NCBI RefSeq assembly: GCF_001194135.2
Contig: NC_068983.1
Location: 73,237,580 to 73,281,808, forward strand
Reading direction: 5' to 3'
Length of the DNA: 44,229 bases
Origin: Octopus bimaculoides
Lineage: Eukaryota
Position numbers and translations under genes: made by a program. This document shows, one piece after another, positions 10,771 to 22,989 of this stretch. Under the pieces are notes generated by a model that saw only the letters and a list, made by a program, of their open reading frames with translations, ran no database searches and was not told where the DNA came from. Position 1 is the first letter of the stretch. Every line of letters begins with the position of its first letter.

Positions 10771-11170
10771 TAAATACACATATACACATGTATGTAGAGT
10801 ATGCATATGTATGCTCAGACGTATACATAAAGGATTTTATATACATAAACTTGTCTGGCTCTAAGCGCACATACGGCGCGCACACGCGTTGTCTATCATA
10901 TTTGTATGTATGTATGTATGTACACATACAGACACGGGTATGTTCATATGTATATTATATGTGTACCCTTTACGCTAACACCCAACAAGTATCTATCTAT
11001 ATTTATATTTGTGTATAAGTGGTGTGTGTGTAGATATATACACACACATATAAACATACACACACACACACACACATATACACACAGACACACATATAAA
11101 TACACATACGTATGTATACATATACATGTTACACGCGCGTACAGACATGCATACACACATTCGTATATGA
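10640..11170. repeat. Compound (TA)n/(CA)n/(TATG)n field with a small gap
   Basis: Directly visible. Confidence 0.9.
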
Positions 11171-12448
11171 ATACTCATTGCCTGTTCGCGCATAGAAACA
11201 GAAATGCACGCTGCTTGCCGGTTGGAGAAAAAAGACGAGGAATTCTTTGCCAGCGTTTCAGGGTGAGATAGATTAAAAGAAATTAACAGCTAAATGTGAT
11301 AACTTTGAACCGCTTTGGCTTGTCTGCCAACCGTAACATATGGTTATAACATATACCAATAGAGCATGTTTTTTGTTTTTTTAAGTTGTTGCTGTTGGTG
11401 TCGTTATTATTATTGTTGTTGTTGTTGTTGTGGTCGCTGTTACTGTTGTTCCTGGTGTTCTAGTTAATGCTCGGATTGAAATAGATATTTCTCTGTGAAC
11501 AGGTATGACGATATTTCTCGTGTCCTACTTTAAAGGAAGCGCTGCTGAGAAACAGGCTCATGTTTNNNNNNNNNNNNNNNNNNNNNNNNNNNNNNNNNNN
11601 NNNNNNNNNNNNNNNNNNNNNNNNNNNNNNNNNNNNNNNNNNNNNNNNNNNNNNNNNNNNNNNNNNNNNNNNNNNNNNNNNNNNNNNNNNNNNNNNNNNN
11701 NNNNNNNNNNNNNNNNNNNNNNNNNNNNNNNNNNNNNNNNNNNNNNNNNNNNNNNNNNNNNNNNNNNNNNNNNNNNNNNNNNNNNNNNNNNNNNNNNNNN
11801 NNNNNNNNNNNNNNNNNNNNNNNNNNNNNNNNNNNNNNNNNNNNNNNNNNNNNNNNNNNNNNNNNNNNNNNNNNNNNNNNNNNNNNNNNNNNNNNNNNNN
11901 NNNNNNNNNNNNNNNNNNNNNNNNNNNNNNNNNNNNNNNNNNNNNNNNNNNNNNNNNNNNNNNNNNNNNNNNNNNNNNNNNNNNNNNNNNNNNNNNNNNN
12001 NNNNNNNNNNNNNNNNNNNNNNNNNNNNNNNNNNNNNNNNNNNNNNNNNNNNNNNNNNNNNNNNNNNNNNNNNNNNNNNNNNNNNNNNNNNNNNNNNNNN
12101 NNNNNNNNNNNNNNNNNNNNNNNNNNNNNNNNNNNNNNNNNNNNNNNNNNNNNNNNNNNNNNNNNNNNNNNNNNNNNNNNNNNNNNNNNNNNNNNNNNNN
12201 NNNNNNNNNNNNNNNNNNNNNNNNNNNNNNNNNNNNNNNNNNNNNNNNNNNNNNNNNNNNNNNNNNNNNNNNNNNNNNNNNNNNNNNNNNNNNNNNNNNN
12301 NNNNNNNNNNNNNNNNNNNNNNNNNNNNNNNNNNNNNNNNNNNNNNNNNNNNNNNNNNNNNNNNNNNNNNNNNNNNNNNNNNNNNNNNNNNNNNNNNNNN
12401 NNNNNNNNNNNNNNNNNNNNNNNNNNNNNATATATATATATATATATA

Positions 12449-12541
12449 CGACGGGCTTCTTTCAGGTGCCACATAGAGGGAATGAACCCGGAACGATGTG
12501 GTTGGGAAGCAAGCTACTTACCACACAGCCACTCCTGCGCC
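12449..12541 (-). mobile_element. SINE family A 5' head (probably the other half of the 13525 copy)
   Basis: Reverse complement of GGCGCAGGAGTGGCTGTGTGGTAAGTAGCTTGCTTCCCAACCACATCGTTCCGGGTTCATTCCC. Confidence 0.85.
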
Positions 12542-13524
12542 TAAACATCTTTGCATATTCTTGACACTAATGGTAACAAGGCTTGGCAAAAGTCTACAGT
12601 TGTGTGTGTGTGTATTTTTGGTAAATGCCAACGCATGAAACTCTCGGACTTTGAGTCACTAAATTCTACCAAGCCAATTATTAATAAAACACACACACAC
12701 ATACTCATGTTTTGAGTTGCATCATTAAACATTATGCACACACACACACACACAAACAGTACTTAGTCGCAAACTCCTCTCCGGACCCTCCCTCGCCTCA
12801 TTCTCTCCTACCAGCAGGTTCAAAACTACCTCATTTGACTGGATGTTGTGCTCTCTAATGTTGCGCTTCAGAAATCTGACAGGCCTATCTATCACGTGGG
12901 TTAGCCTTTGGTAAGTGTTTCTACGTCTGCGTCTTATTGATATATCTCTAGTTTGCGTGTATTTTTAGTTTNNNNNNNNNNTGTTGTTGTTGTGGTCGCT
13001 GTTACTGTTGTTCCTGGTGTTCTAGTTAATGCTCGGATTGAAATAGATATTTCTCTGTGAACAGGTATGACGATATTTCTCGTGTCCTACTTTAAAGGAA
13101 GCGCTGCTGAGAAACAGGCTCATGTTTGCTTATATAAACAGCGAATGGATACGCGCGCGCGAGCGCACAGTGTGTTTATGGAAGCACAAATGTGTTCGCC
13201 TAATCAACTAAACTCAGTGATGGGCAATGTTTTACAATTATTACGAATATAGCGAATAAACACACATACATACATACATAAATACATAGGTACATACGTG
13301 CTTACACATTTATACATGCAAACAGAATCAAGCAAGTTACAAATACCACAGTAAGAGGAACTCAATGAAATGAGTATAGAGTTAATTTATATTTTATTAC
13401 TTTCAAGGAAACTCAAAGTGGTTGAATATCTGTCATGAGAGTGGCATATCACTGATATCACCTTCTATAATTCTCAAGTGGAGTACTCAACCGCTGAAAT
13501 ATCAGCTTGTCTCTGAAGATAGAT

Positions 13525-13699
13525 ACTCTTTTACGTGTTCCAGTCATTTGACTGCGGCCATGATGGAGCACCGCCTTTTAGTCGAGCAAATCGACCCCAG
13601 GACTTATTCTTTGGAAGCCTAGTACTTATTCTATCGGTCCCTTTGGCCGAACCGCTAAGTTACGGGGACGTAAACACACCAGCATCGATTGTCAAGCGA
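13525..13699 (-). mobile_element. SINE family A 3' half, ending at a gap
   Basis: Family tail and body; stops at TCAAGCGA where the internal microsatellite region begins. Confidence 0.9.
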
Positions 13700-15247
13700 N
13701 NNNNNNNNNNNNNNNNNNNNNNNNNNNNNNNNNNNNNNNNNNNNNNNNNNNNNNNNNNNNNNNNNNNNNNNNNNNNNNNNNNNNNNNNNNNNNNNNNNNN
13801 NNNNNNNNNNNNNNNNNNNNNNNNNNNNNNNNNNNNNNNNNNNNNNNNNNNNNNNNNNNNNNNNNNNNNNNNNNNNNNNNNNNNNNNNNNNNNNNNNNNN
13901 NNNNNNNNNNNNNNNNNNNNNNNNNNNNNNNNNNNNNNNNNNNNNNNNNNNNNNNNNNNNNNNNNNNNNNNNNNNNNNNNNNNNNNNNNNNNNNNNNNNN
14001 NNNNNNNNNNNNNNNNNNNNNNNNNNNNNNNNNNNNNNNNNNNNNNNNNNNNNNNNNNNNNNNNNNNNNNNNNNNNNNNNNNNNNNNNNNNNNNNNNNNN
14101 NNNNNNNNNNNNNNNNNNNNNNNNNNNNNNNNNNNNNNNNNNNNNNNNNNNNNNNNNNNNNNNNNNNNNNNNNNNNNNNNNNNNNNNNNNNNNNNNNNNN
14201 NNNNNNNNNNNNNNNNNNNNNNNNNNNNNNNNNNNNNNNNNNNNNNNNNNNNNNNNNNNNNNNNNNNNNNNNNNNNNNNNNNNNNNNNNNNNNNNNNNNN
14301 NNNNNNNNNNNNNNNNNNNNNNNNNNNNNNNNNNNNNNNNNNNNNNNNNNNNNNNNNNNNNNNNNNNNNNCCTCATTTGACTGGATGTTGTGCTCTCTAA
14401 TGTTGCGCTTCAGAAATCTGACAGGCCTATCTATCACGTGGGTTAGCCTTTGGTAAGTGTTTCTACGTCTGCGTCTTATTGATATATCTCTAGTTTGCGT
14501 GTATTTTTAGTTTTCAAGTTGTATCACTTCAATCATGTACGTATCAAATTGTATCTGTATTTGTAACAGCAGCTTCATCTGCTAAAAGTGGCACTCCCCA
14601 TTAGTATAATAGTATTCTCTCGGGATTTAGAAGAAAGGGATCTTATAACTACATCTGAAGGGTATCTCAGGATAATTGAAATAGGAAGAGCAAATCGATC
14701 ATCGACCAATAAAATAAATGTCAACCTGTTTCGCAAAGATTAATGGATTAACTGATTATTTTATTCTTTAAAACTCAGTCCAAGATCCAGTATCTAAGCA
14801 GTTGAAATTCTTTTTGTAATAAATATTTACAATAAATATTTGCAAAATATCAGCCCTCATATTCTGTTTGTTTAATTTATATCAGAATTAATTAATTTAT
14901 GTTACATCTCCGAACAGGGCAATTGAAGTTGGGTTCATTAAAGTTGCGTTTATTATGACCAGACTAATTAAATTACGCAATTTCTGCAGCAAAACTGTAT
15001 TAACATCAGTTTTTCAGTCAAATAAATCCAAATCTTCTTAGATTATTATCCAATTTAACAGCATACTTAGCAGTAATTGATATTTTCATTTCAATTTCCT
15101 CTATCATATATTCTTATTGCATATTTACAAAACAATGTTTTTTAATGATTTTCGTGTCACAATATGTCTATCTTCCATATAAAATTGTTATAGAGGATTA
15201 TAGGAAATGCAGCTGGAACTTTAAAAACGTGAATAATAAAACAGTGT

Positions 15248-15627
15248 GGAGGCGCAATGGCCCAGGGGTAAGGGCAGCGGACTCGCAGTCATAGAATCGC
15301 GGTTTCGATTCCCAGACCGGGCGTTGTGAGTGTTTATTGAGCGAAAACACCTAAAGCTCCACGAGGCTCCGGCAGGGGATGGTGGTGAACCCTGCTGTAC
15401 TCTTCCACCACAACTTTCTCTCACTCTTACTTCCTGTTTCTGTTGTGCCTGTAATTCAAAGGGTCAGCCTTGACACACTGTGTCACGCTGAATATCCCCA
15501 AGAACTACGTTAAGGGTACACGTGTGTGTGGAGTGCTCAGCCACTTGCACGTTAATTTCACGAGCAGGCTGTTCCGTTGATCGGATCAACAGGAACCCTC
15601 GTCGTCGTAAGCGACGGAGTGCCAACA
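15248..15627 (+). mobile_element. SINE family B (tRNA-derived), full length and young
   Basis: A-box TGGCCCAGGGG, B-box GGTTTCGATTCC. Highly similar to 22512-22883 (minus) and 43910-44229. Confidence 0.93.
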
Positions 15628-15757
15628 TATAACAGTAACAAAGACACTGGAATATCACCTTAGATATATTTAATTAGTCTTGATATTTCTAGTAAGGTAC
15701 CCCTATTACAAAGGTGTTAAGAGAATAGGAAACAAAGAGAGAGAGAGAGAGAGAGAA

Positions 15758-15945
15758 TACGAGGGCTTGCTGAAAAGTTCTTGGCTGTGGCTAAAAGAAA
15801 AATACAGGAGGATCAGTTATTTATGACTTTATTCAGCATATTCCCCTCTCAGATTCACACACTTATTGCAGTAGTCCTTCAGTTTTTCTAAGCCCTGTAA
15901 AAGAACTCAGAAGGTTGGGTCTTCAGCCAAGCTTTCCATGATACC
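15758..15945 (-). mobile_element. mariner transposon 3' end with TIR
   Basis: The minus strand gives AWLKTQPSEFF/LQGLEKLKDYCNKCVNLRGEYAE*, a mariner transposase C-terminus. TA-CGAGGGCTTGCTGAAAAGTTC terminus. Confidence 0.8.
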
Positions 15946-16305
15946 TTTTCAGCGCCCCTTCGTATTCTCTCTCTCAACCTTTTAGGTTGGTATAATACCA
16001 ACCGTATATATTCTCTCCCACTCACTCTCTCACTATCTTTCAGTAGTCCTGCCATTTCTCTAAATAGCTGCTCTACTCATTTGCTTTGTTGTCAGTGGCA
16101 CTTCTCATACAGTTTTGGCCAAGTCGTGCAAACCTTGATACACGATTTGATTCTAACTGAGGTGCAAAGCGAGCTTGTTACAAATATGTCAAGTTTCCTC
16201 ATTTTCTCTTTCCTCTTGGGTCTGAACTACAAGGTCGTATTACTTTGCCAGAGGGGGGGGGAGGGAGAGAGAGAGAAAGAGAGTCCTGGTACCATTGCTC
16301 TAGAG

Positions 16306-16538
16306 CAGTGTTTCTAAACCATCATTTGCCCGTGGACCCCTTTGATTCCAATTTTACTCGAATGGGCCCTCATAGCTATTTAATGTTTAAAAGATCATAT
16401 TTTTATAACTGAATATTATTAGGAATTGTATCTAAAAATTGTTAAAATATTTGTAGAAGTATAACCAGTTTATTGCACATAAATTTTAGCAACAAAATGT
16501 TACGTGTCCATCCCCACCAAGGGCCGTATGGACCTCTA
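16306..16538. mobile_element. hAT MITE in a TCTAGA-type target
   Basis: Starts CAGTGTTTCTAAACC. Flanks CTCTAGAG and TTCTAGAG form an 8-bp TSD with 1 mismatch. Confidence 0.65.
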
Positions 16539-17029
16539 TTCTAGAGTCTCAAGTGAAAGTTTATTCTGTCTGAGAGAGATAGCCTCTTTGGTTTGAAGTC
16601 TCACCTTACAAGACGATTCTTCTTTATTTATGAAAGCCTGGTCAGTATGTGCTGTCTCAAAAACTAGAATAATTTCCTCTTTGTTTTAAGTTCATATAAA
16701 AACATTTGGTTCCGTCTTCAGTTAGCTTTTACTGATATGCTTTTGCGACTGACTGTTCAGACATGGGTGCATACTTCTTGTGAATCCCATATTTAAGAGC
16801 AAGGTTACATTTTATAATAATACTGATCTACCCGAACTAGATTACAGCTTTTAAATCTCACCCCTTCATCCAATATGACAGCAAGGACGTATGGTCGCTG
16901 CAGTCATTTTTTAAACAAGCTTTTTAATTGTACTTTCCTATAAATAAATAATAAAAATAATACATTTTAATGCAACAAAAACACTATCATGTGGATATAA
17001 AATTGGTAAATATTTGGTAAATTTTTACA

Positions 17030-17200
17030 AGGGAAGAAGAAGAGGCATCAAAACTTCTTCTCTGGGACCGACAACATGATACTGACAAGCGTAAGAGACA
17101 TCGTCTGACATTTATCGACAACCTGAAAGAAGACACAAGATTGGATTTTATCCACAAAAGGTGGTGAAGATGAATCGAGATGCTCGGCGAAACGGCTTTG
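17030..17200 (+). mobile_element. RTE-clade LINE 3' fragment
   Basis: REEEEASKLLLWDRQHDTDKRKRHRLTFIDNLKEDTRL resembles the RTE ORF2 C-terminus. Confidence 0.6.
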
Positions 17201-18260
17201 TCTTCCAGGACTAGGTGGGAACCCAGCCAAAATAAAGTACGAAATAAGGATACATGATGGAGGTTTTTTGATGTATGTATTTCATTCGCTAATTTTTCTA
17301 TAAGAGCGAAGCAGATGACTACTATTTCAGTCAAGATAATTAGGGACTTTGTAATGGAATGATCTGGGGATAATAAATAAGCTAGGTACATTTTTTTTTC
17401 TTTTAATTCCTCATAATGTTGTCGAACGCTGACAAAGATGTATAACTTAAGACATTCAAAAACATGAAGATGGCACCAAAGTGAAGCTTGAAAATATTTA
17501 CAGATTTTTATATTGTTATTTACCCAGTTATATTACAAACTCTTCAGTGCCATCCGTTTTGAAAGCGAACCGCCAAAGAAATAGTTTCCCAATAAGGAAA
17601 CAATTCAAAACTTCAAATACCACCGTAATCTGCACGTAGTAGTTTATGTCAGTAATAACGCAGAGAAGCCACCGTTAGCTCGTCTTCTGAGTCGTTAGTT
17701 ACACTTTATATTATGTGATTCCCTATTATCCACTTTATCATCTTACTACACTCCCCCACCAACACTCACACACGCGCGCTAAAGTGTGTATGGGTTGGCG
17801 TGTGCTTGGGAAACGCGCGTAAGGTATGTAGCTGATTAAACGGATGAAATAACGAACTATTCAATTTTGGGCTCGAATTTTAAATCCACCAGTCTATTGT
17901 TTATATGTATATATATTTATTTATATATATGACATATTCTACATTGACTTAGTTCACTTGGTTTTGTGGGAGAATATAGTTACGAAAAAATTTTAAGATC
18001 ACATTGATCTTAAAATACCAGTGGCATTTTTGTAGAATTTCACAGATAAAAGACAATCCGGGTCACATTAAATTATATTGATCTATTAAACAAATCTTTT
18101 CTTTTCCTCAATTAGTTTATAGAGATCTCAAGAAAAAAATTACATAAGTTAGTGGTGATATAAGTAAAGAAAAATTGGTTTGCATATGGTCTTTTGGAAA
18201 TCTCCTACAAGAAAACATATTCAAAACGAAATGGTTTGTATTGTTAAACGAAATACTTAC

Positions 18261-18759
18261 CTATACAGACCGTATCTTGAGTGTCAGTACAAGGCTGTAT
18301 CATGATTTGGTCCCTGGCACATGTGCGACATTTCACACAACCGATAGTTCCACTGATCAAGTGGGAATATGTATTATTGGGACATCGTTGGCACCAACTA
18401 TTTTCCGTTGGGCTGCAGGGTCGCACGGCACCCCAGCCTACCGGACATAGAGTACATAACATACAAGCTTGCAGTTCTGTTGAGTAAAAAAAACCGGTCG
18501 AACATTCACACTGTGTATCATGGGTGACGTTGCAAACTTTTTTAATGTAAGTGTGCTCGGGACACGTTGAACAGAGCTTGCATTCTTCTGTTGAACTAGC
18601 CTGTGATGAAAATGTCTTCTCAGCTTGACACGGTGCACAGACTGTGTCCTGGTTGCGAGTACAATTACCGACGACACCTGAACCGGGTTCACAGAGTTGA
18701 CAACAGGAAGAACCATTTAAATTGCTCTGGTTGCTTGGACAGATTCCAGCTGTGATATC
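18261..18759 (-). CDS. NGFR: Internal exon of a TNF-receptor-superfamily gene, p75NTR/NGFR (TNFRSF16)-like, encoding CRD1-CRD4
   Basis: Acceptor TTTACTTTCCTCACATTACAG|GAT (phase 0) and donor ATAG|GTAAGT (phase 1); 499 nt = 166 codons + 1. Peptide CPSNQSNLNGSSCCQLCEPGSGVVGNCTRNQDTVC...CTDTQDTVC has 4x6 Cys in p75-like spacing and 5 N-glycosylation sequons. The family call is strong; exact orthology is inferred. Confidence 0.92.
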
Positions 18760-19469
18760 CTGTAATGTGAGGAAAGTAAACCAGTGAATAGTTTGGGACA
18801 GAATAATTATTTTAAAAACTTTGCAACGCATTTGCTTGGTTGTAAAAATAAAATTTAGCTTTAATAGGTTTAATGTATTTGATAATTTATACAAAAACAC
18901 GGAGAAAATAAGTAAAACAAAACAACAAAATTTATTTGATAATGTTATTTTTCAATTAACACACTCCCCTCACACCATTACTTTCCTGTAACCACCCCGC
19001 ACATGTATCCCATCTCTTAATCATTTATCTAACATCAAAGACCACACTTCCAGCTTTGATCTTGTTACGTCGAGGATAAAAAAAATATAAAAAACAGTTC
19101 ATCAAATTGAAACTTCATTAAACAACCTTCGCCACCAATTAAAAAGAGCAAATCTAAAAAACAACAACAGCAATCATCATCATCGTTACAAAACATGTTT
19201 CAACAGACATCAAACAATACTGTCATACTTTCCAAATTGAATTAGTTGAAACCCAGAGGCAGGTTTGATAAAAAAAAATTTTAATTTTAAATCAGATTCT
19301 AGTGAGGTCCACTTTATAATTTCGTTTTCGTCTACTTTTTAATTTCTGCCTCATCACATAGGGTTAAATGTGTAGACTGTTTATCTCCCTTAAAACCGCT
19401 CTTACACTGCTAATTAATTAAATCAAGTAGGTGTTGTACTGAATAGCGTATGCGAATAACAACAATCAT

Positions 19470-20030
19470 TTCCACAATAGACACAAGACCCGAAATTTGG
19501 GGGAAGGGGGACTAGTCGATTTACACCGATTCCAGTGTTCAACTGGTACTTATTTCATCAACCCCAAAAGGATGAAAGGCAAAGTCGACCCCGGCGGAAT
19601 TTGAACTCCGGCGTGCTAACGATTCAGCCAGCTCACCGCCTTAATAATAATAATAATAATGATTATTATTATTATTATTATAGTAATTTCGCCACATGGG
19701 CAGCAATTTTGGGGGAGGGGATAAGTCGATTACATCGACCTCCAGCGTTCATCTGGTACTTATTTTATCGACCACGAATGAATGAAAGGCAAAGGCAAAG
19801 TCAACCCTCGGCGGAATTTGAACTCAAAACGTAGCGATGGGCGAAATACAGCTAAACGTTTTCGTCCAGCGCGCTAAAGATTCTGCCAGCTCGCCGCCTC
19901 GGCTCCGAAAGGATGAAAGACAAAGTCGACCGCGGCAGAATTTGAAGTCAGAACGTACCGACGAGCGAAATACCGCTAAGCATTTCGTCCAGTGTGTTAA
20001 CGATTCTGCCAGCCCGCCGCCTTGCTGATG
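19470..20030 (-). mobile_element. Head-to-tail array of about 3 SINE family D copies with an (AAT)n spacer
   Basis: Repeated GATGAAAGGCAAAGTCGACC...GAATTTGAACTC...GATTCTGCCAGCTCGCCGCC units. Confidence 0.85.
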
Positions 20031-20063
20031 ATGATGACAGCGACGACGACGATGATGATTCAG

Positions 20064-20389
20064 TTTATTACTCTTTTACTTGTTTCAGTCATTAGACTGC
20101 AGCCATGCTGGAGCACCGCCTTTAGTCGAGCAAATCGACCCCAGGACTTATTCTTTGTAAGCCTAGTACTTATTTTCTCGTTCTCTTTATTGCCGAACCG
20201 CTAAGTTACGCTAAACACGTAAACCAGCATCGGTTGTCAAGCGATGGTGGAGGGACAAACACAAACACACATATATACGACGGGCTTCTTTCAGTTTCCG
20301 TCTACCTAATCCACTCACAAGGCTTTGGTCGGCCCGAGGCTATAGTAGAAGACACTTGCCTAAGGTGCCACACAGCCACTCCTGCGCCT
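20064..20389 (-). mobile_element. SINE family A, near full length
   Basis: Tail at 20064-20110, head remnant CCACTCCTGCGCC at about 20377-20389. Confidence 0.9.
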
Positions 20390-20691
20390 ACGAATTTTTT
20401 TAAAGAATTTATTTAAAACACGTCATTCAGTACAGTAATATCTATTTGATTTATCTTATACCATGTTATTGACTTACATTTGTATGTTATTTCTTAGAGT
20501 TCAGTATTGTTTCTAATATAGGCAGAAGGGTAGCAATTTGGAAGGAAGGAATTAGTCGATTAAACCGGATTTAGTGCTTGACTGGAACTTTATTTCATCG
20601 ACACCAGAAAGGTGAAAGGTTGTACTCTAGTAACATATGTTGGGTTCACTTTCTCCCGTAGAAGTTATATCACTTCTACGTCCGTCTAATA

Positions 20692-20980
20692 CCGTGGTTC
20701 TCAATCAGGGTCTGAACGGCCCCTGAGGGTCCACATAAAATTTTTAGGGGTCCATGTAACAAAATAGTAAATTGGGGATCCACAATCGAATTTTGCACCC
20801 CCACCCAAAAAAAAAATTGCTTTAGATGTATTAGTATGTATTGCAAGAAACAGCTAAATTTCTTCAACATTTTACATAGTTCAAACTACACAAGTGGATG
20901 TGTGAAAAACAAAATAGGGATTTTGAAAGAAGTTTCTATATAACTAGTTTTTAAACATCGAATGGCCATGGCGTCAGTAT
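20692..20980. mobile_element. Partial hAT-type MITE
   Basis: CCGTGGTTCTCAATCAGGG start and GGGGTCCA repeats resemble the 16306 family. The right end is not identified. Confidence 0.4.
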
Positions 20981-21824
20981 AGATATGGCACATGTAGGCA
21001 GGTGGGGAGACAGACGGACAGAGAGGAGGAGAGAGATGTGTGAGAGAGAGAGAAACCTTTATGAGTCCAAATTCTGCTTGAGCCGACTTCCCCTTACATT
21101 CCTCGCCTTGTTACAAGTACCTGGAAATCGTTTTAATTGACTATATAACCCCACCCTAAGTATACGGACTTTGTTACCCGTCTGAAGATAATTAATCTAT
21201 GATTCGTGTATCCTTTAACACACACCGCAGACCTTCGGAATCTCAGCAAAAGGATATGAGTAGTCATTCTTCCTATGAGTCAACCATAACAACATGGAAA
21301 GGAAAATGAAATTTAGACATTTAGTGCTTTGTCCCAGTGTAAGATACGAATATAAAATTTGTAGCACCGTTAGATCCATGATCTAACCGAAGTAAATTAC
21401 TATCAAATGGTTTCATATTGGATCTCATTGCATCACCACATAAAGATTTTTCTCTGATAAAAAAAAAAATCAAAAATATGGGATCATTTTATTGTGTTTG
21501 AGGCACGAGTGCGTGCGTGTGTAGTGTGTATGCGGTGTGGTGGCGGTGGTAGTAGTGTGTGTATATGTCTAGTGTGTGTGTGTGTGTGTATGTGCGTGTG
21601 ATGCATATATGAGATGCATGTGTGTGTGATATGCAGTGTGTGTGTGTGTAAAAGAGAACTACGTAACGTGCTTGTGTTTGCTTTCCTCTACCATCTCGTT
21701 TTGTTTTTTATTTATTTATACACTTTCACTATTCTTGTTCTCTGCTTTGTGCACCGATTTTTTCTCTTCTATCTTTCCCATTGCATAAATTTCTATCTCT
21801 TTCTTGCAAAATGTGATTACACAG

Positions 21825-21863
<39 letters not shown>

Positions 21864-21919
21864 ATATTAGAGAAACGTCTCGCACACTTTGTTGGCGTAG
21901 GGTTAACCCAGAACAAATA

Positions 21920-22030
21920 CAGTTCCAATCACAACATTCCATCTGGAAAGATTTCTTTACGAGCCCATTAGAACGCTTCTATTTGGTGGCCGTTTTCCGA
22001 ACGAAGAAAGAAACAACCGCCATTTTAGAT
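21920..22030 (-). promoter_or_regulatory. Possible promoter-like patch (YY1 AAAATGGCGG, CCAAT, CpG-rich)
   Basis: CCGCCATTTT at 22018-22027 and CCAAT near 21925, 3.2 kb upstream of the TNFR exon. Motif-only evidence. Confidence 0.25.
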
Positions 22031-22109
22031 CTCAGCAGAAGACTAAACGTTAAGCAAACATTAAAACTGGATGTGTGTATGTGTACGTACAAACATACAC
22101 ACACAAACG

Positions 22110-22155
<46 letters not shown>

Positions 22156-22511
22156 CACACATATACATAATGCATACATAGATTATATATAAGCAATAAT
22201 GCAACAGGCGTGTAATGAATGGTAATGGTTGATGTTAAAAGATTAATAGCAAATAGTCGCTTAGTGCAACAAATGGCAACATTGTGATATAACTGAAACA
22301 TAGTGGTACCATTCAGGAAAAATGATAAAGAAAAGAAAAAGAAACAAAAACAAAATGAAGCAATTACATTCTTTACCGTACAATATTTTAGAGAAGATTC
22401 AGTGCTTTGTATGCCTGAACTCAAAGTACACTACAGTATAGATAAACGATGGTAGGCTCTAAGCTGTCGCTTGAACGATTATAAGCATCAACCAAATTTC
22501 CCTCAAATTAT

Positions 22512-22883
22512 TGTTGTTGTTGGCACTCCGTCGCTTACGCCGTCGAGGGTTCCAGTTGATCCGATCAATGGAACAGCCTGCTCGTGAAATTAACTTGCAA
22601 GTGGCTGAGCACTCCACAGACACGTGTACCCTTAACGTAGTTCTCGGGGATATTCAGCGTGACACAGTGTGATAAGGCTGACCCTTTGAATTACAGGCAC
22701 AACAGAAACAGGAAGTAAGAGTGAGAGAAAATTGTGGTGAAGAGTACAGCAAGGTTCGCCACCATCCCCTGCCGGAGCATCGTGGAGCTTTAGGTGTTTT
22801 CGCTCAATAAACACTCACAACGCCCAGTCTGGGAATCGAAACCGCGAGTCCGCTGCCCTAACCACTGGGTCATTGCGCCTCCA
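22512..22883 (-). mobile_element. SINE family B, full length, (CAA)n tail
   Basis: Reverse complement of 15248-15627 with few differences. Confidence 0.93.
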
Positions 22884-22989
22884 CCCTCAAATTATATACC
22901 CCCACCATCTAACATAAAGAAAATGTAATAGACAATATAATCCTAGATATAGAAGTAAAACTGGATGGTCACAATTGGAATACGTTTGG

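Larger units (their letters stand above)
11420..14513. other. Mis-ordered contig / scaffolding artefact
   Basis: 11420-11565 equals 12982-13127, and 12829-12971 equals 14371-14513. Every duplicate copy abuts an N gap. Confidence 0.85.

Noticed and set aside
11505-14456. Long 240-330 aa ORFs (also 36847-37605)
   Set aside because: Made almost entirely of X from N gaps.
15248-15330. tRNA genes at SINE heads (families A-D)
   Set aside because: A and B boxes are present, but there is no full cloverleaf and each continues into SINE body.
16620-16900. Possible decayed coding fragment on the minus strand
   Set aside because: Multiple stops in all frames and no motif I could identify.
18760-18900. 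N-terminal 47 aa of the 218-aa ORF as a signal peptide
   Set aside because: It lies upstream of a good polypyrimidine-AG acceptor and is AT-rich intron sequence; the start is TTG, not ATG.
19470-20030. CRISPR-like or other prokaryotic defence array
   Set aside because: The repeated units are 150-220-bp SINEs in a eukaryotic intron-like context; there is no repeat-spacer structure and no cas genes.
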